64,000 bases of DNA, taken from positions 44,392,001 to 44,456,000 of the forward strand of contig OZ336889.1 in the NCBI GenBank assembly GCA_965287045.1. Reading direction: 5' to 3'. The position numbers and the translations under genes are program-made. The first letter of the stretch is position 1. Each line of letters begins with the position of its first letter. The DNA is from Carcharhinus amblyrhynchos (taxonomy: Eukaryota). This document shows, piece by piece, positions 38,090 to 51,062 of this stretch. Under the pieces are notes generated by a model that did no database searches, was not told the DNA's origin, and was given only the letters and a program-made list of their open reading frames with translations.

Positions 38090-38886
38090 AGTGGGCGACA
38101 GTTCGATGGAAATTGAGTCTGGGGGACTTGTGGCGAACGAAAAGATTGCAGATGAAGAGAACAGGCATTTGGCTTTAGTCTTCATTGTAGAGGATACAAG
38201 TTGTACCGTAGAAGTAGCTGTAGAGCAGGAAATCAGAATGACATTAAGAACGGTGTTCAAGATGTCGGCTGCTGAGTCCTCACATCCTGATGGCTTTCAC
38301 CGAAGGTCTTATAAGAAGTGACAAATGAGGCAATTGATAGGCTGGTTGTAATGTTCCAAAATTCCCCAGATTCTGGGAAGTGTTCGTTAGATTGGGAAGA
38401 GCGACCGCAGTACCTTAATGCAATAGGCAAAAACGACCTATAGCAGGAAACAATATATTTTCGAAGAACAACACCAGTTAGCTGAACGTGTGACATATAA
38501 GGAAAATGTTAGCAGCGGTTATTAAGATTTGATAGCAGGGCACATAAGTAAAATCACGATAATCAGATAGAACCAACACAGTTTTGTCAAAGGGAAGTCA
38601 TGTTCAATCAATTTACTGGAATGATTTGAAGAAGTAACAAGCTGTGGATAAAGGGGAGCAAGTGGATTTACTGTACTTTACAGTGAGCATTTGATCAGAT
38701 GTCACTGCAAAGGGCATTGCGGAAAATAAGAGTTTATCGTGTGGGAGCATGGACAGAAAATTTGCGAGCGAATAGAAAACAGAGAGTAGACAAGAGACAA
38801 TTTTGTGATTCGCAAGATGTCGGGAGTGGTGTGCTACAGTGATCAGTGCTGTGGCCTCAACTCTTTACAATTTATATAAATAATGG
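38090..38886 (+). mobile_element. CR1 RT fragment, unit 3
   Basis: Paralogue of 2770-3562. Confidence 0.7.
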
Positions 38887-40561
38887 TATATTTTCGGTAT
38901 GGTACCCGTTATGTTCTAGCTGTCTGCTAGGTTTTACATACGCTCCGATAGTCGCCTCTTCTTCCCCCAAACTCCTTCACTCCTGGCCTCTAATTCTCAT
39001 CTGTAAATACCTCCGTAAATGAAAACAAAACTTGGGCCAGTGCCGCTTTGGCCTTACTTCGCAGTTATTTTTGGAACGATTTCAGGTGAACGGGCTTTTT
39101 CTGTAACACGTAAACCAGTCTGGAATAGAGATTCATTATCAATAGAGCTGCTAACAACGTGTCACCAATATGGCTGGTCATGTATTGTGCACGTTTCCCT
39201 AATAAACAAATGTTTTTTGATTTGATTTGATTTATTACTGTTTTATATAATAGTACACAGTGATAAGTATTCTTTCTTACATGCTTACCGACAAAGCATA
39301 CCGTTCATAGAGAAGGAAAGGAGAGAGTGCAGAATGTAGTGTAACAGTCATAGCTAGGGTGAAGAGAAACATCAACTTAATGCGAGATAGGTCCATTCAA
39401 AAATCTGAGGGCAGCAGGGAAGAAGCTGTTCTTAACTTGGTTGGTGCGTGTCTTCAGAGTTCTGCATCTTTTTGGCGATGGAAAACGTGGAAACGCAAAT
39501 GTACTCAGTAAGGATGCCAGATTTCCTGCCGGGAATGATGATAATTAAGCGAATGTTTTTTTTCAGCAATTCAGTAGTTTCATGATTAACATTATTATAA
39601 CTGGTTTTGTTCAAGATTTATTGCCAGATACCATGATGGGATTTACAATCATTGCTTGTTCCTGGACTCTGCAGAACTAATCCGGCAATTAGTCGCCGGC
39701 CTACACTTTCCGGCATGCTTTAGGTGTTGGTTCCTGCTCTCTTGTTTGAGACTGCGCCTGCACCTGTCTTCGCAGCGTTTGAAATGCATCATAAAAGTAC
39801 GGATCGGATTTACGCTTAATTTACTAGAGACTGAACACTGCTTCACCCAACACAGCAGTGAGAATAACCCTTATGCAGGAATGGTGTTTTCTTTCTTCAA
39901 AATTGCTGCCAGATCTCCCGAATTTATCCTGAATTTTGTGTTATAATTATCATTTCATTCTCCCTGTTTTCTACTGGACTATGCACAATAGATGAAAGAA
40001 GTCGAACCCGAATTTCAATGAACCTGTGCGCGTGTTGCTGCTGAACCAGCAGATGGCAATATTGTACTTGGTATACCAAGGACCGTGTTATTCCATGAAG
40101 TGTATACAAAATATCAATTCCTGGCAAAATACCTGGACTCTTGGAAAATAGGGATTTGGACATGAAAGTCGTTTTCAGAATATTCTCATTAGGTATTGTC
40201 AATTAATTTGGATGTTTCATGAGTTCCCCTTTTTAATGGTGAATGCCCATAATATCAGATAATCCGAATGATTAGAAACAGGAAGAAACCAGTGTCACTA
40301 AATGTGTTACTATCACTTCCTTTCCTGCGTCATTCACTAAAGATAATGCTGACAGCGCCACATTAATGGATCCGAAGATTCAGAAATTTGGTAGGATAAA
40401 AATAGACAAAAAGGGCACAAATACGAATCATACGATCATATGAATTGGAACGAAGATCAGGCCGAAGATCATGACTCATGAGACCATGGGCTCGACCCCA
40501 CATTCGATCCACCCCTATGGTCTTTGGGTCCCTTTTCAGTCAGAAATCTATCGAATTCTGC

Positions 40562-43500
40562 ATTTTTTAATGGGATGTGGGCATCGCTGGTTCGACCAGC
40601 ATTTATTCCTCACCGCTAATTCCCCTGGAGATGATGGTGCTGAACCGCTTTGTTGAATCAGCGCAGTCCCTGTGGTCTAAGTAAGCAATATATCCCCAGG
40701 TCAGATTGCGAATGAGTTGGAGGAGAGCGCTGAGGTGGTGGTGTTCCCATGTGTCTGCTGCCTTTGTTCTTCTGGGCGGTAGAGGTGTGATTTTGTAAGG
40801 TGTTACCCATGGATATTGGATGGGTTTTTGCAGTGCATCGTGCCGATGGTGCTCACTCCTGCCACTGTTCATCGTGACGGGGCAGTTTGTCGAACAGGTG
40901 CCAGTCAAGATTTCTCGTGGATAGTGTGAATTTCTAGAAAGTTATAGAAGTTGCACTCTCCTGGCTAGTGCAAATATTCCATCACGATCCTGACTTGTGC
41001 TTCGCAAACGGTGGACAGGTTTGGCGAGTAAGGAAGTGAGATACATGCCACAGGTTTCATGAATTCTGACCTGCTCTTGTAGCCACCATATTTAAATGTC
41101 AAGACCTGTTCAGTTTCTGGTCAATGGTCGGCCTTAGGAAATCGATAGTGACGGCATTACCGTTGAATGTCAAGGGATAATAATTAGTTGTTGGAGGTGG
41201 TCATTTCTTGGCACTACTTTGTCACGAAGGATACTTGCCACTTGCCAACCCAAGCTTGGATGTTGCCCTGGACTTGCTGCATTTGGACATTCACGGTTTT
41301 CAGCCTCTGAGGATGCGGGATGGTATTGTACGGCATGTGATCATCCCCATTGCTGACATTATGATGCAAGGAACGTTACGGATAGAGCAGCTGAAGATAG
41401 TTGGGCCGAGGATACCATCTTGAGAAACTCCTAGGATTCCATCTTGAGAAGTGTGCAAATTAGAGGATTGAACTCCAACCACAGCAAAACCCTTCTTCTG
41501 TGCCAGGTATGACTGCAGCTAGCGTAGAATTTTCCCTCTGAATCTAATTGACTCCATTATTCCTCGAGCTCCTTAATTCCACCCGTGCTGCCTTGACGTC
41601 AAAGGCACTCACTTCACATCTGACATTCAATTACTCTTGTCCATGTTTGACTCAAGGATGTAATGAAGTCAGGCGCTGAGTGACTAACGGAATCCAAACT
41701 ATGTGTCAGTGAGTAGGTTCCTGCTAAGTTCCTGCCGTTTGATTGCGCTGTTAATGACCTCTTCCATCAACTTGCTGATGATCTGGAGTGGCCTGATGGC
41801 TGATGAATAAGGTTGGAGATGCCCTTCTTTTTGCATAGAGGACATAACTGGGCAATTTTCTGCAATGACGGGTAGATGCCAATGTTGTAGATGCACTGAA
41901 ACAAATTGACTGGCAGGGCCGCATGGTTTGGAGCAGAAGTCTTCAGGACAGTGGACAGAATATTGTTAGGGCCCAAAGCCTTTGCAATTTCCAACGCGTT
42001 TGGACATTTCTTGGTATCACGTGGAGTGAATTGAATTGGCTGAAGCTTGACATCCGCGATGTTGACCATTTCTTTAGAAGGCCAAGATGGATCATTCACT
42101 TCGCACATGGGACAAAAGATTGTTGCGAATGCTTTAGCCTTATCTTTTTCACTGATCATTGAGGATGGGCACATTTGTGATGTCTTCTCCTCCAGTGAGT
42201 TGTTTAATTATCCACTACCATTCACAATGGGATATTCCTGGTAAAGAGGGTTCCACAGGCTAATGGTTCTCACGGAAAATGAAATTCTCTTTATCTCCAT
42301 CTCAACTGGAAAACCTTCTATTTTAGTTCATGTCCCCTCCTTCTAGTCTCCTTGGAGGGGAGGCACTTCCTCAGCATTCACCATCTCAACTTCTCTCAGG
42401 ATAGTAGATGTTTCGGCAGGATCACCTCGAATTCTTCTAGATTCTAATGGGTACGAGACCCAACTGTCCAACCGTTCCCTATATGATATCCCTTTCATCT
42501 GATGGGCAAACCTTTCTCCGAATGTTGCTGGTGCGTATCCATTCTGAGGTACGCGGGCTAACAGGAAAGTACTTTAGATGTGCTCGCGACAAAGCACGAC
42601 AAATTCTATGCCAATTATGATAACTTCACAATTTACTTTCCCTCCTGTACTAAAGTCGTGAGAAAAAGTTGCAATCAATCCGTCCCATCATTCATGTCAT
42701 TTCTATAAATTGAGAATAGTTGAGGCCCCAGCTGTAATCCTCCGATACACCGCCCATTCCCCCCTCAACAGAAAAATGGCTCAGTTACCCCACCTCTCTG
42801 TTTCTGTAAGGCAACCAGTCTTCGATTCCTGATGAATATTATCCCACATATGATGATCTCCTATTTGGCATTTCATAATGTATCTTTGAAACTGTTTCTT
42901 ATTAAATACGTTTTGGAAATCCATGTCTACTGGTTCCTCTTTATTCACGTTACTAATAAGTTGCTCCAGTCTGTATAGGAAATTAGTACAGTATGGCTTC
43001 ATTTATACAAATATATATGTTGGCTCTGCACAATTGCAAGTGCCGTGCGATAACCTTCTAATAATAGATTTGAGCATATAACTTTTGACAGATGTTAGGC
43101 TAATTGGCTTGCAGTTACATGTTTTCAGTTTCTTTCTTCTCTTGAGTAGAGGAGTTAGATATGCTATTTCCCAACCTCTTGGAGTAATAAAATAACTACA
43201 ATGCAGACGGAGGCCAATCGGCCCTTCGCGTCTGCATCTACTCTCCCTAAGGGTATCTTACCCAGCTCTATCATGCCCTAATGACTTGACAGCCTTTAGT
43301 TCTGACCGCTTTCTCAGTAGCATTGACCTGGTGGTTGTAATTGTTTTATGTTCCTCGCTCCCTTCTCCCTCTTCACCTGCAAGTATTTCTGGGACATTAT
43401 TTCCTTATTCTTCAGCAAGGCAGAGAAAATATATCAATTCTTCTGCCATTTCCTCATTTCGCATACTGGATTTTCGACGTTCCTTTTCCAGAGTAACCAC

Positions 43501-43670
43501 TCTTATTTCAGTGAGCATTTTCCTTTTTAAAAGCATGTTGCTATTCTTACATTCTTTTAATATATCCAGCTAACATTCTCTCATACTCTAAGTTCTCCTT
43601 TGTCATTACTTTATTTGTCAATCTTTGTCGGTTTTTATATTCTTCCCAATCTTTAGCTCTGCCACTAATC
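40562..43670 (-). mobile_element. L2/CR1 relics, unit 3
   Basis: Paralogue of 5405-8770. Confidence 0.75.
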
Positions 43671-45359
43671 GCAAACTTTTACTCTTTTGCTTCCACTCGG
43701 GCTCAATCATTGGAGATGTTGGGACTTTAACATCTCCATGAAGTAGGCACGCTTTCTGTCTGATATTTCAGCTGCATACCGTCTTCAGTCAACTTTAACC
43801 TGTATTCCTGGCCCTATGCCAATCATTTTCCGATTCGACTCACAGGCCAAGAGGGTGGTACCTCTCTCGCTGCTCCTGTCTTGTTGTATTAAACTGAACT
43901 AGTGTCTGTCTCCCTTCCTCTCTCCACTCTGCAGATGTCAACTCTGTGCATTCCACCCACAGGCAAGGGCTTAAACCTCTCACTCTCTGGGTACTGACTG
44001 CACTGCATGACGTGGACCTGAGACATATCCTTTCAGTTAATGCCCTGCGATCTTTTTCAGCCTAACAACTTTAATGATCTGTTCCTGATCCCCCTGCCTG
44101 ACCGCCGCATGGAAATTTTCCCACTAATGGTAAAATTTTAATATCCCTTCCCCACCCTTCATTCTGTCGACACGGGGTGTCAGTAAAATTCCAACAACCG
44201 AGTCCAAATGCAAGCAAATATGTTTACCCTTTTATCTTTGTTAGACCCCAGCTACAGTATTAGTCCAATTCTTGACAATGTTCTTCCAAAGTATTTCAGA
44301 GCTTTGAGTGTGCAGGAAGGTGTATTAGCATGTTTCCAGCGATAAAATTCCTCAGTTAGATGTAAGGACGAGAAAGGTGGAGCTGTTCTCCTTCGAGCCG
44401 CACAGTAGATTTGATAAAGGTGTTCTTAAAGGTGTTGGATAAAGAAAGTCGGAGCTGCTTCAAATGTCGGGAAGTTTGATCACCAGAAGGCAAACATCTG
44501 AAATAACCTGTGAACAGCAACAGGAACAGAAGAGGGCTGGTGGTGGGTTAATATGTTCCGACTCTTAATGATCTGGAGGCAACTGGATCAAGGGCTATTG
44601 GAAGAGGATTTAACAATCCCTGTCAAAAAGGTGGAAAATATGTGGAAGGCTGGAGTAAGATCGAAACAGAAATTCCAGTTCTATCGCTCCTTTACAGAAC
44701 CGACATGGATGCGATGGGCTGACTGCCCTCTTTCTGCGATCAACCTTCTCGAATTCTTTATACTGACGCAACTGCCTCTGCACCGCGATCGGCAGCTCCC
44801 CAGGCGAAGGAATTAATTCATTTCTTCTCGTTCTCCTCTGTGCGCCTCAGCTGCATAACCAAAATGTTACTTCTCACAATTGCTCAAGGACACATGGGGT
44901 GAAGGTGTGTGACAAGCTAAGGGTATCAACATTGAAAGGGCTTGCCAGATTTTGTTTAAGTTTTCAAATGAGGGAGCAATAGAACATTGTTCGATGGCTT
45001 CTGCAATACTGTCGTCCGGTGGGAGGAGAGGGTGGTGTTGAGGGGGAGGGTCACCGGTCATCAGAAATCTGATTTTTAAAACTGCTATTTTCAGCTCATT
45101 CCGATGTCGGCAAATGCATTGACATTCTCAAACTCATTGTTTCCTATGACAGCAAATATGCCCCTCAAATCAAACAACGAAAGTCATGCGAAAGCTCTGT
45201 TTCCGAGAGCATTTCACTTTGCCGAGGCTTAACTCACTGTGTATGCCGTGGGTTTCCAACACTTGATAAAGCTGAGTGGGCAGTCTTGGCAGTTAGTCAC
45301 ATTCTAGGTAGGTAATAAAATGTTCTTCGGGACTTGTCTATCATTCACTCACTTAGCAT

Positions 45360-45540
45360 AGCCATCTATATATGTATCTATCGACCTATCTGACTATCTA
45401 TCTCCATCCCTCTGTCTATCTATCTGTCTGCCTGTCCATCTATCCAACCATTCATCTATCTATCTACCTGTCGATCCATCTATCTGTTTCTCTGTCTATC
45501 AATCTATCTGTCTATCTATCTATCTATCTATCCATCAATC
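45360..45540. repeat. (TATC)n microsatellite
   Basis: Read directly. Confidence 0.95.
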
Positions 45541-45906
45541 CCGAAAAGCCAATAAGGAGCGTGGGCTTACGCCTCTCTGTGTGCACATGAAATCTCAACT
45601 CACAGTTTTCGTCTTTAATTTATTCACCAAGGACGTTACGCCTATTAAACAGCTCACTGCCCGCAACATTTATTTATTGTAATCTGCAGGTTCCAGAGAT
45701 CAAGCCACGATTCATTTAATCCGTTTTATGTTTCACTGCACCGTTTGTTTTTTTTGGGGGGGCGGGGGGAGGGGTAGCTGGGTATTGAGCCATTTTACAT
45801 GCTGTTCTGTGCCTTGGGAGATTTATATTTCTTCTTTTCCAAAATGGCTGGCATGCTCATTCTGCAAATATCAGACAATACCGAAATGGAGATCTTCGGC
45901 CTAATA

Positions 45907-45973
45907 TCAGGTGACAGGAAATTTGCATACCTAATTCATATTCATTCGCCCTGCGGTGTTTGTGTCTTTTTAA
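45907..45973 (+). promoter_or_regulatory. IgL promoter 3: E-box variant CAGGTG (45908-45913), octamer (45921-45928), TTTTTAA
   Basis: Same arrangement, with a changed E-box core. Confidence 0.85.
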
Positions 45974-46042
45974 GGAGAGGTTGGAATGGACTCAGAAGCG
46001 CGTTCGTGTCAGGATTTATTTTCCTGTCCCCAAACCTTCACC

Positions 46043-46091
46043 ATGACACAATCGATTGGAGTTCTCGCCGCACTGATACTCTGTTTCCACA
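46043..46091 (+). CDS. Leader exon, gene 3
   Basis: caccATG ... A|gtaagt. Confidence 0.92.
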
Positions 46092-49000
46092 GTAAGTACG
46101 GGCGTCGGCCTGAAGTCACGCTCATTTTTTTCACATTATCTGCTTCTGCGCTTGTGTTTTAACGAACCTGAATTGTGAGCTATATTCAACATTTCACAGT
46201 GTGTGACTGACAATACTTTGCATTTCACCAGGTACAATTGCGGATCCTGTCCTGACCCAACCAGGATCCATTTCGTCCTCACCGGGAAAGACCGTCACCA
46301 TCACTTGCACCATGTCCGGAGGCACCATTGGCAGCAACTACGCGAGCTGGTACTGGCAGAAACCCGACAGCGCCCCTGTGCTTGTTTGGTCCGAGTACTC
46401 TGGTCTGGCTTCGGGTATTCCGAATCGATTCGCCGGGTCTGTGGACTCATCAAGAACGAAGATGCATTTTACCATCACCAACGTGCAATCGGAGGACGCT
46501 GCAGATTATTACTGTGGTGCTTGGTTCAGCAGTCCAAATAGCATCATTTTCGGGAGCGGAACGAAGTTGAATCTGGGCAGTAAGTAAATCACTTAACTCT
46601 CCTCTAACATTTGTGACGCTTTCTAAATAACAAAATGGACTTGGAAACGGTCGGTTAGGTGGACTGAATTCGAGCAAATCAAAATGATTGCTCCTAAAAT
46701 ATTGTTATGGGGGATCTTTGATTCAGCAGGAAATGATATTGCAGTGATAGCTGGGCTCAGAACTTCGGCGATTTTCTGGAGTTTGTGCTGTTATGTGATC
46801 GGGTAAAGGGGCATTTTAATTACGAGTGAAACTGTTTCAAAGCGTTCACATCAGGCTGTTTCATTCCATTTAATGCAAGATTGCATTATATCTGCGGAAT
46901 GATGGTGTGGTGACTTGGTGCGACTCACTCCCAGTGGTCCCCAAACTCACTAAAAACCGTTCAGTTCAAGATTCTCAGCCTAATATGTTGCATTAATCCC
47001 GGGTGTCCAAAATAACCATTTTGTTGACCGGAATTCCGCCCGTAATAACTGACCCTGATTGTTACTGGATCACATAGTAACAAACATCAATGATGTGCGG
47101 AATGTTTGCTTTCTTCGGAAATTACGGCTCATTTTCTTCCGATCCAATCTGTTGTTTTGGAATGTCTCGGAATAAGGTGGTCAGGTTTTTGAGTATTGTT
47201 GTGGACTCGTTCAGATTGTTGTTGGTTCTGCGACTGTCAGTTAGTAGTAATAGAACAAGAGATGGAGATTACTACCAATATGATTGATTCATGGAATGTG
47301 ATCAGAAAGGTAACACTCCTTGCACCTTCCCCCATCACCCCCGCCTAATATCCACGGATAAAGTGACGGTGAACCGCATTCTCAAACCGATGTTGTCCAT
47401 GTGTCATAGGTACACCGCAGAGCTGTTAGGGAGGGAGTTAAGAGATTTTGGCCAGGCGACAGTGAAGGAAAGGCGGTACAGTTCTACTTTGGTATGCTGT
47501 GTGGCTTGTTGGGGATTTACCATCTGGTGTTGTAGCCGTGCATCTGGTGCCGGTGTTCTCGTCCAGTGGAAGACATGGCTGGTTTGGAAGCTGTTGTCGG
47601 AGTTCCGGCAGTGTACCTTATAGATATCCACACTGTAGCTCCTGTGCGTGAATGAGGGAGAAAAGCAATATAAGATATTTGCAAAATCATAGAATGGTAT
47701 ATCTTTGGAAAATTGTTGCAATCTCCTTGGCCAATCGTGTCTGCACTGGTTCACAAGTAACAATCTAACATTTATTCATTAGCCTTTAAATTACACATTC
47801 TATGTTTGTTTAAGTGACCATTAATTTGCCAATAACAGACCCTCCGGCAGTAGGTTCCACATCCCCTAAACCCTCTGGGTGAAACTATTCCCTTCCAGTC
47901 TCCGCGAAACCTTCAACTTCTAACGACAAATCCAAGTCCTGTTCTTATCGACCCCTCAACCATTGGCAATACTGTTTTCCGATCCATTCTGCCCAGACAC
48001 CTCAGAATATTATGCCTTCAAATGGATTTACTTTCAGCCTTGTCTGTTCCGAAGAAAAGGGACAATTCAATACTTACTTGTAACTAAATATTCCATTCCA
48101 GCCGACATCCCTCTAGATCTCCCTGTACTCGTTCTCGTACAATTACATTTTTCCTATGCATCTTTCCAGCAGTTTCAGCATAACCTCAAAGTTCTAACAA
48201 TCTCTACCTCAGCTTATAAATGTAAATGCCTCCTATGCCTTCTTTACTACTGTATCCAGCTGCTCAGCCGCCTTCAGAATCTGTGGACCTGCGTTTTCTG
48301 TTCACTAATTTTCTCTACATTTCTCGGCATTTTCCCATCTGTACAGTGTACTCGCTTGTCTTGTTGGTCTTCCTGAAGTGCAGTTCCTCACACTTTTCGG
48401 CATTTAATTCCATTTGTCGCGGCGCACTAATCTAACCAGTCCATTGTCTTCCTACATTATCCAGCTTTCTTGTTCGCAACCACACTGCCAAATTTGTATC
48501 ATCGATCAACAATCATATAGGCACTCATTGATATACGGACCCTTTGTTCCCTGCCTCTGAGCCAATTTCGGATCCAACCTGTTCATCCTATGTGTGAACT
48601 TAACAAGGGCCTTGCTCAAATCCGTGTAGGCTATACCAAAAATATTGCCATCATTCACCGCTTCATGCTACCTGCTCAAAAATACCAATTAACGCTATGG
48701 GGTGAGATTTTCCGGCAACGAAGCCGTGATCGCCATATTTGATTATGCCGCTTTATTCCATTAGTTCTCCCTTCAGTGAGGTTAGGTTCACTGGTCCATA
48801 ATTATGCCACCCGCCTTTCGCCCTTTGACAATTTCATCTCTCTTCCTGCCTCCGAGAGTCAAACCTGCTCCGGTCCCGATTGGAAAGCTGTGGTCAGGGT
48901 CTCTTCCCTTCTCAATCTTACTTTCCCTTTTTTATTACATGCTTCTTCAAGTCATTTGCTTACTGGGCGATATTACGGTTAAATGGACCAGCATGAGGCA

Positions 49001-50862
49001 GAAAGGGAAAAAATGCTTTTGAATATTGAGTTATTACTTTAAGAAATCAGATCTGGTGAAAATGCCGGTGTAAAAATAATTCACTTAAGTCCACTAACTA
49101 GAAGTCGATCTTCACACTTGCTCATCGGTGCAAACATTTGAGATGATCCAGCGAAACTCTCGGGGGCGCAGGAAGAAGATGCCAGTTTTGAAATAAGGGC
49201 TTGCGGCATTTGTCTGCCGACTCAGTTTCAACATCCAAATTACATTCCAACAAAAATATAAGACCAATTTCTAGCTCCAAAGACAATCGATTTTTTACCG
49301 ACAGCGACAAAACCCATATTGCTGTTGTAGCCGACATGATACCTCAATGTCAGGGCGAATTGTAAAAGGTTAGCCTGATACTTTTAGTTTGAAATGGATA
49401 TTTATATCTGAACCCTTTCTTCGAAGCCTTACAATATATTAACGTATTTACTGAGCGTTTCCCCATTGACTGTGATAGATGGTAACTTAAGCGGTAAATG
49501 GTCACTTAAAGAGACAAGATTCTGATACAACGCCCTTTCAGCTTTGCGAATATCGACTAATGTCAAAGGAACGAAAATGCAAATCTGCATTGACTTAGCG
49601 CCGACCACGGCCTCAGAAATCCTCACAATTAAGTGTGAAGTAGAATCATTCTTCCGATGTCAGAATCATGGCTCCCTACCTAAGCACATAAAGATCTCAC
49701 AGTCCATCTGCTTTGACGACAAGGTGTGTGAGATAAATAATTATGAGGACATGTTTGATTTATTACTGGCCTTTTGAGGGTGTCATTAAGTTATGTTGTT
49801 ATATATTAGAATTGTTTACAATATTTATTAGAAACTCTTCCTCTCAGCTGCAACAAATCGTTTGTGACACTCCACTCCGAAAAAATGTCTCCAAACATTT
49901 CCATTGCGACCGGGAGATATTTGTTAAGATTTACGCTGCATCGTCACTGTTGGTGTGGGCGGGACACGGTGTAAAGCCGTCGCAAAGAATGTTCACAAAC
50001 CCAAATATCAGTCCAGTCTGTAGGACTTGCGTCAGGGAAGTAACTGGTGACAGAAGCAAACAATCGATTTCATTGTTTAGAATCGAGGTTTTGGAGTTGC
50101 AAACTCCAGAAATGTAGCCGTCAGCATAGGTTCCAATATTGACTCCAAATTCTGAGTGATTAGTGTTATTCTGAAATTCTCGGTGTTCGCGACATTGGCT
50201 CGGGCTGCGTTGCCTCAGATCACACGTGGATGTATTGAAACTCCCTTCCTATTTTTCTCTTAAATATTTCAAACTCCACTATTTCCTTTCGATCAGATTT
50301 TATTTGTATGTTCCTGTCCTTTCAGGGAAAAAAGAATAACCTTCTCAGGTTGTGTATGTTCTAGAAACAGAGTCCCGGCCTTTTTGCATTTGGCATCAAT
50401 AAGACTCCAATGTATAAAATCTATACATTCTTGTAGAATAATACCGACTTAAAAAAAACAATTTGAAGCAGGTGGAACAATGACTCGGTCATTTATGCTG
50501 ATTTTTAATGGATGTGCGATCCTTGTCTCTACTTTCCAGGTCCACGGAGCCCCACTGTGTCTCTCCTTCCGCCTTCATCGGATCAAATCACAGCGAAGAA
50601 CATGGCGACCCTGGTGTGTTTGGTGAGCGGTTTTAACCCGGGAGCTGCGGAGATTGAATGGACTGTCGATGGCAGCGTCAGAGGGAATGGGGTTGAGACC
50701 AGTCGGATCCAGCAGGAGGCGGACAACACGTTCAGTGTGAGCAGTTATCTGACTCTGTCAGCCTCAGACTGGAACTCACACGAGCTTTACTCCTGTGTGG
50801 TTAAACACGAGACTCAAGCAAACCCGCTTCAAACAAGCATCTCCAGATCCAGCTGTACCTGA
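46043..50862 (+). CDS. IGL: Ig lambda-type light chain gene 3, germline-joined; join(46043..46091,46232..46579,50540..50862), 239 aa
   Basis: Same exon structure, 720 nt open frame. Confidence 0.95.
46232..46579 (+). CDS. Fused VJ exon, gene 3 (CDR3 GAWFSSPNSII)
   Basis: ORF 46312..46587 covers most of it; intact splice sites. Confidence 0.95.
47750..48750 (-). mobile_element. Intronic CR1 relic, gene 3
   Basis: Paralogue of 13470-14470. Confidence 0.7.
50540..50862 (+). CDS. Light-chain constant exon, gene 3
   Basis: C1-set domain ending SSCT. Confidence 0.96.
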
Positions 50863-50915
50863 TCCATGCATCGAAAGCGTTTTTGTATTTTGCCGTTAGT
50901 AAAGTTTTATTTCTG

Positions 50916-51062
50916 AATAAATTCGGCAAATAGTGGAACATTTCAAACAGTTCATCACAGTTTGTAGCAGATCGGCTGATTCCCTTAATTTCAATTTAAC
51001 TGTGTTCACTCTGAATGGATCAAAGCTTCAGTGTAATGTCATTGATACCGCTGTGTAATAAA
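50916..51062 (+). terminator. Two AATAAA signals, gene 3 (50916-50921, 51057-51062)
   Basis: Positional paralogues of those in gene 1. Confidence 0.7.

Noticed and set aside
46232-46579. V3 as a proven V1/V2 recombinant
   Set aside because: It alternates between V1-like and V2-like residues, but with only three sequences private changes in V1 or V2 give the same pattern; more copies are needed.
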